Notes: a model not told the origin generated them from the sequence alone. 64,000 nucleotides of DNA from Macrostomum lignano (GCA_002269645.1 NIVC01001846.1:1-64000), one strand, 5' to 3'. Counted from the stretch's first letter, positions 1 through 13,655 are shown. Translations and numbers: made by a program.

Positions 1-788
1 ATTTGGGTGAGTGATAGGGTGGCTAGGGAGAGTCTTAGGGTGGTTTGGGTGAGTGATAGGGTGGCTAGGGAGAGTCTTAGGGTGGTTTGGGTGAGTGATA
101 GGGTGGCTAGGGAGAGTCTTAGGGTGGTTTGGGTGAGTGATAGGGTGGCTAGGGAGAGTCTTAGGATGGTTTGGGTGAGTGATAGGGTGGCTAGGGAGAG
201 TCTTAGGGTGGTTTTGGGTGAGTGATAGGGTGGCTAAGGAGAGGTCTTAGGATGGTTTGGGTGAGTGATAGGGTGGCTAGGGAGAGTCTTAGGGTGGTTT
301 GGGTGAGTGATAGGGTGGCTAGGGAGAGTCTTAGGGTGATTTGGGTGAGTGATAGGGTGGCTAGGGAGAGTCTTAGGGTGGTTTGGGTGAGTGATAGGGT
401 GGCTAGGGAGAGTCTTAGGGTGGTTTGGGTGAGTGATAGGGTGCTAGGGAGAGTCTTAGGGTGGTTTGGGTGATGATAGGGTGGCTAGGGAGAGTCTTAG
501 GGTGGTTTGTGTGAGTGATAGGGTGGCTAGGGAGAGTCTTAGGGTGGGTTGGGTGAGTGATAGGGTGGCTAGGGAGAGTCTTAGGGTGGGTTGGGTGAGT
601 GATAGGGTGGCTAGGGAGAGTCTTAGGTGTGGTTGGGTGAGTGATAGGGTGGCTAGGGAGAGTCTTAGGGTGGGTTGGGTGAGTGATAGGGTGGCTAGGG
701 AGAGTCTTAGGGTGGGTTGGGTGAGTGATAGGGTGGCTAGGGAGAGTCTTAGGGTGGGTTGGGTGAGTGATAGGGTGGCTAGGGAGAG
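1..788. repeat. 42-bp G-rich minisatellite (unit TTTGGGTGAGTGATAGGGTGGCTAGGGAGAGTCTTAGGGTGG), ~18-19 copies, runs off window start
   Basis: Direct reading; 14-aa periodic ORFs (VSDRVARESLRVVW). Four GGG tracts and one TTAGGG per unit. Confidence 0.97.
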
Positions 789-1778
789 GAGACAGCTGCA
801 TTCCACAGTTTACCTGTGACGAAACTGGGGTCGGTCCGGGTGCCCAACCCAAGTACTATAGGAAAAGTAGGAAAAGACGTAAAATAAGGAACTCCTGACA
901 TATCAAGCTATCAAACTCAAACTATTGCTGCTGAAGCAATTGCTCTAAACTATTGTCTTTTATACCACAGAGTCAACTAATTTTACCCGACTTTGATTGG
1001 TGCTTCGGCCAAATCAAAAAAGTTTAGTTTACCTCTGAGAGGCTTTTCATATTGCTTGTTCTGATTCTAGAACCAGAACCAATTTGTAAAGTATAACTTT
1101 TTGTCTCCTTAACTAGAGGGATAAGCAGTAAGCAGTAAGCAACTTAACGGCGTAAGCAGTGTGAGACTCTCCTGCCCTGACAGACCCCCGAGGGCCCATG
1201 CACTACACGTGGTTTGTTAATATTAATATAAAAAATCAACAAATCCAGACAGACATTAAAAAATAACAAGTGAAGATTGCCATGCTGCAAGTGTAATTCG
1301 AAAATACATGAAGAAAAAACAAGTTTTGAGATCAAATTTTAGCTTGGTCTTTACAAAATTCAATCGCGGAGACACTATAATAACAATGATTACAGAAATT
1401 CTTGTAGGAGTAAAATAAGTCAAACGTAAAATATGGGTGCTGAGTAATACAGAAAATAATGAAATAAGAAGCAAACAACAAATTGAAACCTTTGGCAGCA
1501 ACAAGAATTAAACACTGGTCTACCAGTGCAGTCAATGAAGGTGCTTAATTAAAACAGAAAATGCTTCAAACCAATCAGTGGCTACTGACACTGATCAACT
1601 GACCATTGGTTTAGATACGGTATGCATTACTTTTGGACAATTCAAGGATGATCATTAAAATTTACGGACAAAAAGGCTGTTAATGGATTGCCAGTGACTT
1701 AAAAACGCGTGGCGAACACTCAGAACTCTGACCCCGAAGTTCACTTCTGCAGCCACGGAGGGCAAAGTTTAATATTCG

Positions 1779-2798
1779 TTACACAATGTGCCGATTAGCG
1801 TGCGTTTTCTGATGGCTGCCTCGATTAAATCGCTTGCACTCAAATGGCTTTTCTCCTGTGTGAACTCTAGAGTGCATAGTGAGGTTGGAGATTTGAGTAA
1901 ATCGCTTGCCGCACACCTTGCACTCAAATGGTTTTTCTCCTGTGTGAAGCCTAGAGTGCTTAGTGAGGCTGCTACTGACACTAAATCTCTTGCCGCACAC
2001 CTTGCACTCAAATGGTTTTTCTCCTGTGTGCAGCCTTGAGTGAGAAGAGAGGTTGCTGCTGAAACCGAATCTCTTGCCGCACACCTTGCACTCAAATGGC
2101 TTTTCTCCTGTGTGCCGCCTCGAGTATGTAGTGAAGGCGCTGCTGACATGGAATCTCTTGCCGCACACATTGCACTCAAATGGCTTTTCTCCTGTGTGCA
2201 CTCTATAGTGTGTAGTGAGGGCGCTGCTGAAACCGAATCTCTTGCCGCACACCTTGCACTTGTACGGTTTCGCCTTCATGTGCACTGCACTAATGTGAGC
2301 TTTGAGGTGGCATTTTCTGGTGAGCTTCTTCTGGCAAGTGTCGCACTGGAACACCCTCTCGACACCCTGAGCTTGACGTTGCCGTGTTGCAGCACTCTTT
2401 GAAGCTCGGGTGTTCCCGGCTGACTCGCACTCCGGACTCTTCGTCACTGCAGAACTGCCGGCTGCACACGGCTGCATCGCTGACTCATTGCGAGACTCGA
2501 CCTGCTCGACCGCTGCCGCTCTGCCAGCTTCTGAGTTGGTCGCAGCCGCCTCCTCTGGCTCCGAGTCGCAGCCGATTCCGTGTGACCGCACATGACGCAA
2601 GTACTGCGCCGCTGCCGATCGGGTGCGGCAGAACCGCCTGGGACAAAAGGGGCAGGCGACAGAGCCCCGGCGCATCTCTGAGAAACTGTGGGGCTGAGAT
2701 CTGTGCGGAGATGCCGATGCTCGAAGCCCGTCTCTGCCTGAGCTGCAATGCGGAGCGGTAGGGACTTCGTCACTTTGTGATCCGGAATGGAAAGACAT
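1779..2798 (-). CDS. ZF1: C2H2 zinc-finger protein, 339 aa (shared N-terminal region, leader finger, 5 TGEKP-linked fingers, deleted terminal finger)
   Basis: Open ORF from ATG 2798 with CxxC-x12-HxxxH repeats and HTGEKPFEC linkers. One finger has His>Tyr; the last finger lacks VCGK. Confidence 0.9.
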   Translation of the reverse strand: MSFHSGSQSDEVPTAPHCSSGRDGLRASASPHRSQPHSFSEMRRGSVACPFCPRRFCRTRSAAAQYLRHVRSHGIGCDSEPEEAAATNSEAGRAAAVEQVESRNESAMQPCAAGSSAVTKSPECESAGNTRASKSAATRQRQAQGVERVFQCDTCQKKLTRKCHLKAHISAVHMKAKPYKCKVCGKRFGFSSALTTHYRVHTGEKPFECNVCGKRFHVSSAFTTYSRRHTGEKPFECKVCGKRFGFSSNLSSHSRLHTGEKPFECKVCGKRFSVSSSLTKHSRLHTGEKPFECKVCGKRFTQISNLTMHSRVHTGEKPFECKRFNRGSHQKTHANRHIV

Positions 2799-3049
2799 CT
2801 AAAGGAAATGAACATCCCAATATCGAAAACATAAAGACAATTTCTGGGTTATATTGACTAATAAAAAGCATAATTTTGTATTTTATGAAAGTGATAAAAA
2901 TCCCATGCATGCTTTACTTGAATTTAAGACAACCAATTGATGATGAATTTAACCGAGTGAAAATGTTGCTGCTAAACGACATGACGTGCATGGTTAAATT
3001 TACACTGATGAGCAATCCTTGGCTCATGAGAGATAGTGACCCACAGCGG

Positions 3050-3360
3050 GTTTTATCGGGTTTCGATTGGTGTTTTAGCTAAATCAAAATAAACAGATTT
3101 TTATTTATTTATCGCTAGACTGCCTGGCAGGACCCATTAATTTCTGCCACTTGTACTGCAACTTTGCGCGACTGAACAATTTAAGGTGGATGCGCAAACC
3201 CGGAGCGAAATACTAAAAAGCCGTAACAAAAAGGCTGGGTAGGCGGCCCCACCGGCTAAGACGAGCAAAGCTCAAAGGCCAGCCAATCGAAACGGTACAA
3301 GAAGCAGTGTGAGACTCTGCTGCCCTGACAGACCACCAAGGACACATGCACTACACGTGG
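3050..3360 (-). promoter_or_regulatory. Putative core promoter/5' UTR module of ZF1
   Basis: Module recurs upstream of several paralogs. CACGTG at 3354-3359, CCAAT at 3283-3287, initiator-like TCAGTC on the minus strand at 3170-3175. Function is inferred. Confidence 0.35.
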
Positions 3361-3514
3361 ATTGTTAAAATTAATATAGAAAATCAACACAACGAGACAA
3401 ACGTAAAAAACAATAAGTAAAAATTGCAATGCACCAGTGTAATTTAAAAAATACACGAAGAAAAACAGTTTTGAAATCAAATATTTGCCTCGCATTTACA
3501 AAACTGCATTATGC

Positions 3515-4456
3515 TTAAAACATTCTGATTACAGGCTGCGATCTGTGCGGAGATGCCGATGCTCGAAGCCCGTCTTTGTACTCAAATGGCTTTTCACCTG
3601 TGTGCAGCCTTGAGTGGGAAGAGAGGCTGCTTGCTTGATTGAATCTTTTGCCGCAAACCTTGCTCTCGAAAGGCTTTTCTCCTGTGTGAAGCCTAGAGTG
3701 CTTAGTGAGGCTGCTACTGACACTAAATCTCTTGCCGCACACCTTGCACTCAAATGGCTTTTCTCCTGTGTGAAGCCTTGAGTGGGAAGAGAGGCTGCAT
3801 GCTTGATTGAATCTTTTGCCGCAAACCTTGCACTCAAATGGCTTTTCTCCTGTGTGCAGCCTAGAGTGCTTAGTGAGGCTGCTGCTGTCACTAAATCTCT
3901 TGCCGCACACATTGCACTTGTGCGGTTTCGCCTTCATGTGCACTGCACTAATGTGAGCTTTGAGGTGGCTTTTTCTGGTGAACTTCTTCTGGCAAGTGTT
4001 GCACTGGAACGCCCTCTCGACAGCCTGAGCTTGACGTTGCCGTGTTGCAGCACTGTTCAAAGCTCGGGTCTTCCCGGCTGACTCGCACTCGTAACGCTTC
4101 GTCACTGCAGAACTGCCGGCTGCACACGGCTGCATCGCTGACTCATTGCGAGACTCGACCTGCTCGACCGCCGCCGCTCTGCCAGCTTCTGAGTTGGTCG
4201 CAGCCGCCTCCTCTGGCTCCGAGTCGCAGCCGATTCCGTGTGACCGCACATGATGCAAGTACTGCGCCGCTGCCGATCGGGTGCGGCAGAACCGCCTGGG
4301 ACAAAAGGGGCAGGCGACAGAGCCCCGGCGCATCTCTGAGAAACTGTGGGGCTGCGATCTGTGCGGAGATGCCGATGCTCGAAGCGGGTTTCTGCCTGAG
4401 CTGCAATGCGGAGCGGTAGGGACTTCGTCACTTTGTGATCCGGAATGGAAAGACAT
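3515..4456 (-). CDS. ZF2: C2H2 zinc-finger protein, 313 aa, with chimeric truncated C-terminus
   Basis: Open ORF with leader finger plus 4 linked fingers (one Cys>Ser). After PFEYK it reads [14 protein letters not shown], a copy of its own N-terminal sequence (3534-3575). Confidence 0.75.
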   Translation of the reverse strand: MSFHSGSQSDEVPTAPHCSSGRNPLRASASPHRSQPHSFSEMRRGSVACPFCPRRFCRTRSAAAQYLHHVRSHGIGCDSEPEEAAATNSEAGRAAAVEQVESRNESAMQPCAAGSSAVTKRYECESAGKTRALNSAATRQRQAQAVERAFQCNTCQKKFTRKSHLKAHISAVHMKAKPHKCNVCGKRFSDSSSLTKHSRLHTGEKPFECKVCGKRFNQACSLSSHSRLHTGEKPFECKVCGKRFSVSSSLTKHSRLHTGEKPFESKVCGKRFNQASSLSSHSRLHTGEKPFEYKDGLRASASPHRSQPVIRMF

Positions 4457-6799
4457 GCAAAGGAAATGAACATCCCAATATCGAAAACATAGACAATTTC
4501 TGGGTTATATTGACAAATAAAAAGCATAATTTTTTATTTTATGAAAGTGATAAAAATCCCATGCATGCTTTACTTGAATTTAAGACAACCAATTGATGAT
4601 GGATTTAACAGAGTGAAAATGTTGCTGCTAAACGGCATGATGTGCATGGTTAAATTTACACTGATGAGCAATCCTTGGCTCGTGAAAGATAGTGAGCCAA
4701 AGCCTTCCAGGTAAACTTCCTAACATACAAATTTTTCTTGATTTTTGCTCAATTCTTCCATTATCTCATTCAATTTTTTACTGGAGACCAGATACCAACA
4801 ATTTCAACTATTAATGCATGGTCCTCACTTCGGTAAAATAGATTTACAATAAAACAGTTTTTAGTTGCCTTATATATACCTAAACCGCTATCTAAGAGAG
4901 CAAGCTCCGTCCAGCCTCCAAAATCATTATCAAAGGCTTCGAGCTTGTCCGCCTGGATCGCGCGGGCCTGCAACAAAGGAGCTTACAACGTGACTTCCGA
5001 TACTGGTGTGATGATGCTTTGGAAATTATATATACAGGACCCCTGAACCATCAAGCTTCAGGGAAAGAATGACTCAAAAACAGGCTGGTTAATAGAAGTA
5101 AAGCCTGTTGTATATTTGAATATCGTACGCAACGCGACGATGCCGTTAAACAATTGTTTGAACAGTGCACGCTTACAGATCAAACCGAACTCAATCGGTG
5201 CTGTTATCATTTAACACCGCAGTCTCAACCAATTTTACCGGGTTTCGATTGGGGTTTTAGCTAAATCAAAATAAACAGTTTATTTTTATTATCGCTAGAC
5301 TGCCTGGCAGGACCCATTGATTTCTGCCACTTGTACTGCAACTTTGCGCGACTGAACAATTTAAGGTGGATGCGCAAACCGGAGCGAAATACTAAAAAGC
5401 CGTAACAAAAAGGGTGGGTAGGCGGCCTCACCGGCTAAGACGAGCAAAGCCTAAAGGCCAGCCAATCGAAACGAAATTTGGTGTCAGAATTTAAACATTT
5501 CTCAGCTGTCTCAGAGACCGGCTTATTGGAACTTTACTGGGACAGCATTTTTGACGAATGCACGATGTCAAATGCTTCTACAATCTGACGCGCCAACTCG
5601 GAGTTTAAAGGTGCAATTTCTAGATGGTGGTGAAGCTGGTAGCAATTATTCTATTGTAAAATATTTATGTAGCTAGGGATTTTCTCAAGTGCTAATGAAC
5701 TGTACTGTCTTGCGCAATGTGAAAGATAGAGCTTGTAACAGGGACTACTGAGCACTCCCGACTATGCTCTATACTTTCATTTTCGAGCCGTCCTCTTTAA
5801 GTGTTCATGCGAAAAACCGCTAATCGGAGACACAAGCCCATAGATTTGAGATTTCATTACTAACACGACAACAAACAGCATGGTGTCAGAGGAACACAGC
5901 TAACGATTAACTCTTTAGCGCATACATCATTCAGTCGCTATACAGCTAATAATCTAATTCAAAGCCGACGCTTCGATACACATGGCTGGCTGATACAGGA
6001 GAGTTGAAGCCACCAGCATCCATCGTATTCGATGAGAACAAATGAAGAAGTGGAAACATGAATTGCTGGTTTCGCACTCTCCCTCACAGCCGCGAAGCGA
6101 GATAATGAAAGCGACGAGCTGAAGACCGCCATTCTGCTCACAGCACTTGGAAGGTCTTTCAAGGTCAAAACAGCAGAAACAGAAAGATTCCTCGCAAAAC
6201 GCCACGCTAACACCAAACTTGACTCGATTCCCGAAAGCATGCAATTTTTTTCAAAATTCGACAATTAAGACAGCATATGAGCACTATGATTAAAGTGCAT
6301 CGAAACAGGTTACTCGGAGGGCACCAAGTGATTCAGCCACCCAGCCGAAACTCTATATGACGGATTCTGATCAAGTTGTGAAGCTATCGGACAACTACAG
6401 ATCGACCTAACTTTGGCAATTTGTGACTTCGCTAACTCAATAATTAGAAAGCTGACAATCACCGAACTATCAGTCTATAATATTCGTGCCTACTGTGCGC
6501 AGAATTTTATAAGCAAAAATTAAAATAAGTCAAACGAGAAGTAGCATAAGTGCCGAGTACTCGTACAGTACGCAATGTGACTACTGGAAAAAAACTGAAA
6601 ACATTTGGCAGCAACAGCTCATCAGTGCATCAACTTCCTCATGCATCCTAAAGGAAAGATTCAAGACAAAGCATAATTACATAGAAACAAAAAGCTGTTA
6701 AACGATTGCAAGTACTCGTACACTGAAAACGCCTGGAGCACAGAAAAACAAAGATCGTGTGTCCATTTCTACAATCACGGTGCGCAAAGTTAAATATTC

Positions 6800-8215
<1,416 letters not shown>

Positions 8216-9799
8216 GAATTATACTTTCAATTTTTCAGGAAAAATACATTCACCCTACATGAGGACCTAAAAGATTAAAGAACGTAGAGAAAACATTTGG
8301 TGCCATAGTTGAAACATTTCTCAAAAGAGCATTAGGCACTCCTTTCAGGGGTGGCAATTTTGGTCCTACTCGTACTGACAGACCGATTTATTGGGACATT
8401 ACTGCGGCACAATGTGGTCTAAGCTGTGTGCACGGAATAGGTCGATATGAACTGTAGAAGCAAATCTTGAGCCCTGTAACTCTTTGTGGCTGAATTTAAA
8501 TAATCGAAATTTACGCAGGCCCAAGCCTACGAGATCTCACACATCAAATGAGTTTGTGTGTTGGTAAACATGTTGTTTTAGTAAACATGGCCAAGGTACA
8601 ATAGCTGTAATGCCCATGCTTTGCAGTCGTTAATGAAAATATCATTTTCCACAGACGCAAGTTGTCTGGTGCTTCTCCAGTCTGACGCGCAATTTAGAAT
8701 TCCAAGGTGCAAATTAACAGCTGGCTAAGGATATTCTTGGTTATTTTCTTATTCTTATTCTTAGAGCTTGAGTCACACCAGCTGACTGGCGCCAGGGAGC
8801 TAAGTACTCATATAAATGCTTTTGAGAAATGTTTCACACAAAAATTGAAATTCCAACTCCATTACTCCATAGCTTATTTCTCCGTGGAAATATATGAAGA
8901 GGACACTATGAAAACAAATTCATTATCTAATAAGAAGCCATCTAATAATTAAAAAAAGTATATTATAAGGGTATTAACTTGGAAATTAGAGAATGGTAGA
9001 GAAAATGAGATCAGATGAGTTGCCGCACAGTTATCAGGGTGGCTAGGGTGAGTCATGGTGAGGAAGGTCTCGAAGAAGCAACAAAACGGGACAGAGCACC
9101 TGTCTAAAATGAGTAAAAGCAAAAAGAACATTCCTCCAGGTGTTGGCATCTTCCTGTGAAACAGACTGCTGAAGAGCAGTGTGTTCAGACGTCATGCACT
9201 TGCACAAGCAAACTCAAAGGGGCAGTGATTTGGCTTACAACCAGTCGGATGTCATGGCAGGCATGAAGATCTGCATTCAAGCGGCAACACACGTGAAGCA
9301 TTTCATGACAGGCAAAATGCGTTGCGGAGAAGCTCAGTGCGGGAAACACTCCATAAGCGGCTCGTCTGCAGGTCCCCGGACTCTGCGGCAAGTCTTCGGC
9401 CAGCCCTGCGCTTCTCTGGCTCGCTGCCGCTCCGCTACCCGCCTCAATGCGATGCCTCAGCAGAGAACTGCTGCAGCTGAAGCACTGAACCAACTTACTC
9501 AACTGACTGAATACCCGCTGGTGAGGATTTAACTGACTAAATGCCCATGAAAACAGCTGCACTCGACAGTTAACAAGCTACATGGCCTATTATAATCAAA
9601 ACCAAAGAATCAAAACATCAAGACAAAGATTAAAACTAACAAACAGTTAAAATTTGCAATTGCACTAGTGTAACTTATAAATGCAAGAACAACACGTTTT
9701 GGGATTAAATTTCAGTCTAAAGCATTTACAAGTCGCACAATGCAGACAATAATTGATTAGAGACCGGTTAAAAAAAAGACGGTCGCCAAAATGGCTTGC

Positions 9800-10400
9800 G
9801 ACTGTTCATTCCGCGACCGTTGGTCGACCGTATGTCGACCGTTCGTCGACCGTTGCCTGTCACGCGTCGACCGTTGATTTTCGACCGTCGTTTTCGTCGA
9901 CCTTTGCGACTAACAATGCGACCGTTTGGGGACCTACTCCTGCGACCGTTCCTGCGACCGTCCATCGACCGTTCCCACGACCGTCCATCGACCATTCCCG
10001 CGACCGTCCATCGACCGTTCCCACGACCGTCTATCGACCGTTCCCACGACCGTCTATCGACCGTTCCCGCGCCCGTTCCTGCGACCGTCCATCGACCATT
10101 CCTGCGACCGTCCATCGACTGTTCATCGACCGTTCCTGCGACCGTTCATCGACCGTTCCTGCGACCGTTCATCGACCGTTCCTGCGACCGTCCATCGACT
10201 GTTCATCGACCGTTCCTGCGACCGTTCATCGACCGTTCCTGCGACCGTTCATCGACCGTTCCTGCGACCGTCCATCGACTGTTCATCGACCGTTCCTGCG
10301 ACCGTTCCTGCGACCGTTCCTGTGACCCGTCCTGCGACCGTTCGTCCTCCTTTCATCGACCGTTCAGCGACTGTTTGGATTGCTCCGGCGACCCTTCGTC
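9800..10400 (+). repeat. Left subterminal array of CGACCGT-core short repeats
   Basis: Dozens of (T/G)CGACCGT motifs in ~11-22 bp units; mirrored by 12770-13300. Confidence 0.9.
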
Positions 10401-11920
10401 GCCCTAGATCGTATTATGTTCTAAAAGTCTAAAAATGAAAAAAAGCGTGTAAAGACGGAAACTTTCTTTCGCTACTAATTATTACTTTCGACAAATTGAA
10501 GATTTAACGCGTCGAAAATGTAGGAAGCGTAGACAGTGTAGACATTCTTCCCTGTTTATTTTCTACTTTTTGTTATCAATAATACCAAAAAACAAAAACA
10601 TTTGCGTATATAAACGAAGCGCATAAAGGAACAAATGCCAAAGGAGTGACAGAGAAGTGGCCAGACGGAGGGGAGAGATGAAATTGTAAGCTGGGTATTT
10701 TAGGTTAATGCAGTGCTAAATGCTAAACGCCCAGGCGCATGTGTCTCGCATTTTCGGAAACTGCACGTTCAAATTCGTGTGAGCAAGTAATTAATAGCTA
10801 CATACTTCACGCTGCTCGCGAACATTTGTGACACTAATTATAACTACTGCTTTAACTGCTATAACTGCTACTGCTATAACTATAACTATTGCTGCTGCTA
10901 TTTTACCCACCACGGCTGCTCCGTGTTGGGCAAGTAGCATAAATTTTTAAATATCGAGCTGGTGCTAGATTTAATGTAGGTGGAGTAAGGGAAAGAAAAA
11001 ACTGGTGCTCACATTGCCCAAGTAGGAAATTGCCACGAGCAAGTGTTAGTTTAAGTAGTAAAAAAATAATTCATTTTTTCAATAACTTGCCACACACTGA
11101 AGCTGCTGCACTTGTTGCCGTTTCGTTGTTGGTTTATTGTGCTGTTCTAGATGAATAAATACATTCGTCACATATATGGAATTCCATCATCTATGGTAGT
11201 GTCACTGAAAGGTGTGGAATAATGGCCACATCGATTAATTATTGCTTCTGGCTAAAAGTATACATACAATGAGAGAACACAAGCGTCAGGTAAAATGCAC
11301 AGGTTCGTATAATGGAACAACAAATGTAATTAAGTAGTTGGGCTCCGTAGTAGGATGGGATAAAGCTAGGATAGGCTTAGAAAACGAGGCACAGTTTGCC
11401 ATGAATGAAAAATATACGAATATTTTGTTATGAAAGCAGAAAATGGCAGAAAGGCCCCTTAATTAGAGGCACAAAATGCAGAAAATACTTTTATAAGGGA
11501 TATAAGGCTTCAGTAAAAGGGACTTGCAGCATATTGGAAGTTTACCTGGAGCTGATTACACACGTCTATTTTTATAGGATTAGTTTCATTTTCAGGAAGT
11601 ACTTCCAATAGACAGTATGCCTTTCTTAATCCCGTAAATATAAGGTAGCATAAAAAACATATAGTTAAAATCGTGACATGGGTCAGCTGGCGTTCTGCAG
11701 AAACAATTTTCAACGTGTCCCGATCCGATTTCGTAGCTTCCATTGCGAATAGACGACCTGATCATGTGCTTCTTTCCATACGTTGTTGGACATTAAGTCA
11801 CTTGCACTTTTTCATTCTCTAAGTAGCTAAGTAAAGAAAGGGCAAAAACGATGAGTTGGTGAAGCCATCGTGGGGGGGGCTTCTCAAGGCGGATTTTTCT
11901 GCAACTGTTTCCACCTGGCT

Positions 11921-11925
<5 letters not shown>

Positions 11926-12003
<78 letters not shown>

Positions 12004-12044
12004 GACAGAGAGAGAGACAGAGAGGGAGAGAGAGAGATCCAGAG

Positions 12045-12105
<61 letters not shown>

Positions 12106-12120
12106 TAGATAGAGAGAGAT
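11926..12120. repeat. (GA)n/(GACA)n compound microsatellite
   Basis: Direct reading. Confidence 0.95.
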
Positions 12121-12769
12121 CTGTAGAGGGATAGAGGCAGTTCTCCCTCCATCTGGATCTCTCTTTAATGTAGCCAGACTCCGTGACATACGGAGGGATC
12201 TAGAGTGACAGACGGAAAAGAACATGGACGGTTAATTTATTACGAAACGACTGTGGTAACGTATTCCTTGGGTATATTAAAAGGGTCGACCTTTACAAAC
12301 GAGCTCATTACCCTCGTTAGCCTTTTAACCCTCGAGGGTTGTTACTTTTCCACCCATGGTATGTATAACCACGATCAGTTTCTATGATGCGACGAAGACG
12401 AGGGCCCCATAGGCCTTCCCAGTAGAAACTAAGCCGCCCCCTAGGCGGCTTTGCCGCCTTCGCCAGCACCTCCGACGGTGGCTTCTGCGCTGACGCTGGC
12501 CGCCCGCTCGGCGGCGTTGCCGCCTTCGCTGGCCGCCCCCTCGGCAGCGTTGCCGCCTTCGCTGGCCGCCCCCTCGGCAGCGTTGCCGCCTTCGCTGGCC
12601 GCCCCCTCGGCAGCGTTGCCGCCTTCGCTGGCCGCCACCTCGTCAGCGTTGCCTCCCGAGGATGCTTCACTGACATCGTCGCCGTCGTCGCAGGCGTCGA
12701 CGCCTGCTTCAGCAGCTGTGCCATCCGAGGGCTCCGTGGCGGTGGCCTCGGAGCCCTCGGTGGGAAAAA

Positions 12770-13305
12770 CGGTCGAAAGAGTGGTCGATAAAACGGTCGA
12801 CGGACGGTCGACGAAACGGTCGACGGACGGTCGACAGAACAGTGGACAGAACGGTCGACAGATGGTCGCAGAGACGGTCGCCGAGATGGTCGACAAGACG
12901 GTCGACAGAACGGTCGGCAAGCCGGTCGGCAAAACGGTCGACAAAACGGTCGACAGACGGTCGACAGACGGTCGACAGACGGTCGCAGAGACGGTCGCAG
13001 AGACGGTCGCAGACAAGGTCGCAGAGATGGTCGAAGTAACGGTCGCAGAGACGGTCGCAGAGACGGTCGCAGAAGAACGGTCGCAAAAACAGTCGACGGA
13101 ACAGTCGCTACCAACGGTCGCATGCCACGGTCGCAAGAATTAGTCGCACAGTCGCACACATCGACCGTGCAGAATGGTCGACTACTCGGTCGTTCACATG
13201 GTCGCATCCGGCGACCGTGCTTAACGGGCGCTGGAATGGTCGCAATAATAGTCGACGCCGGCCATCACGGTCGCAGGACGGTCGAGGGCCCTGAAATGCG
13301 ACCGT
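12770..13305 (-). repeat. Right subterminal array of ACGGTCG repeats (reverse complement of left array)
   Basis: Direct reading. Confidence 0.9.
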
Positions 13306-13655
13306 TATTTTTTTAACCGGGAATTATAGTTAAATAAATACCTGGGAAGAAACCGAAAACGTTAGTAGCAAAAGTGAAAAACTGGTCTAGCAGTACGTCG
13401 AGAAAGTGCTTGATTGAAAAAATGCTGCAAATCGATGGATTTTGAGACTGACCGCTCAATGGACGATGTAACCAACTGGTAATTGCATCAGCTTTCGTAT
13501 ACATTATTACACGAAAATTCAAGAGGGATCATAAATACGCGTAGATAAAAACGCACTTAAAGGATTGCCAGCAGCTCAAAAACACCTGGCGCACAGTAAG
13601 CACCCAGACGCGGTGGTTCACTTCTGCAGTCACAAGAAGCAAAGTTGAATATTCG

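Larger units (their letters stand above)
9764..13320. mobile_element. Non-autonomous TIR DNA transposon with 2-bp TSD (CMC/EnSpm-like), 3,557 bp
   Basis: Left end CCGGTTAAAAAAAAGACGGTCGC; right end reverse complement CCGGTTAAAAAAATAACGGTCGC. GA on both flanks (9762-9763, 13321-13322). Inverted subterminal CGACCGT arrays; no transposase ORF. Superfamily is inferred. Confidence 0.8.

Noticed and set aside
1-788. True telomere or telomere-addition site (also GGGTTAG in 53281-53580)
   Set aside because: TTAGGG occurs once per longer unit and the arrays are interstitial with unique flanks.
7-852. Repetitive ORFs over the 42-bp array and other minisatellites (15647-16123, 30240-30773, 51574-52818, 54215-55073, 55875-56789, 58488-58863 tail)
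   Set aside because: Units of 21 or 42 bp without stops give open frames on both strands; no unique coding content.
1788-2402. Plus-strand ORFs antisense to finger arrays ([15 protein letters not shown]), repeated at every paralog
   Set aside because: Expected shadow of C2H2 repeat codon structure.
5954-6264. Short ORFs at 5954-6264, 9179-9562 and 57248-57469
   Set aside because: No recognisable motifs or supporting splice structure; 9330-9560 resembles 19530-19640 and is more likely conserved flank.
9753-10432. Arg/Pro-rich ORFs here and at 12317-13207
   Set aside because: Products of CGACCGT subterminal repeats; no transposase motifs.
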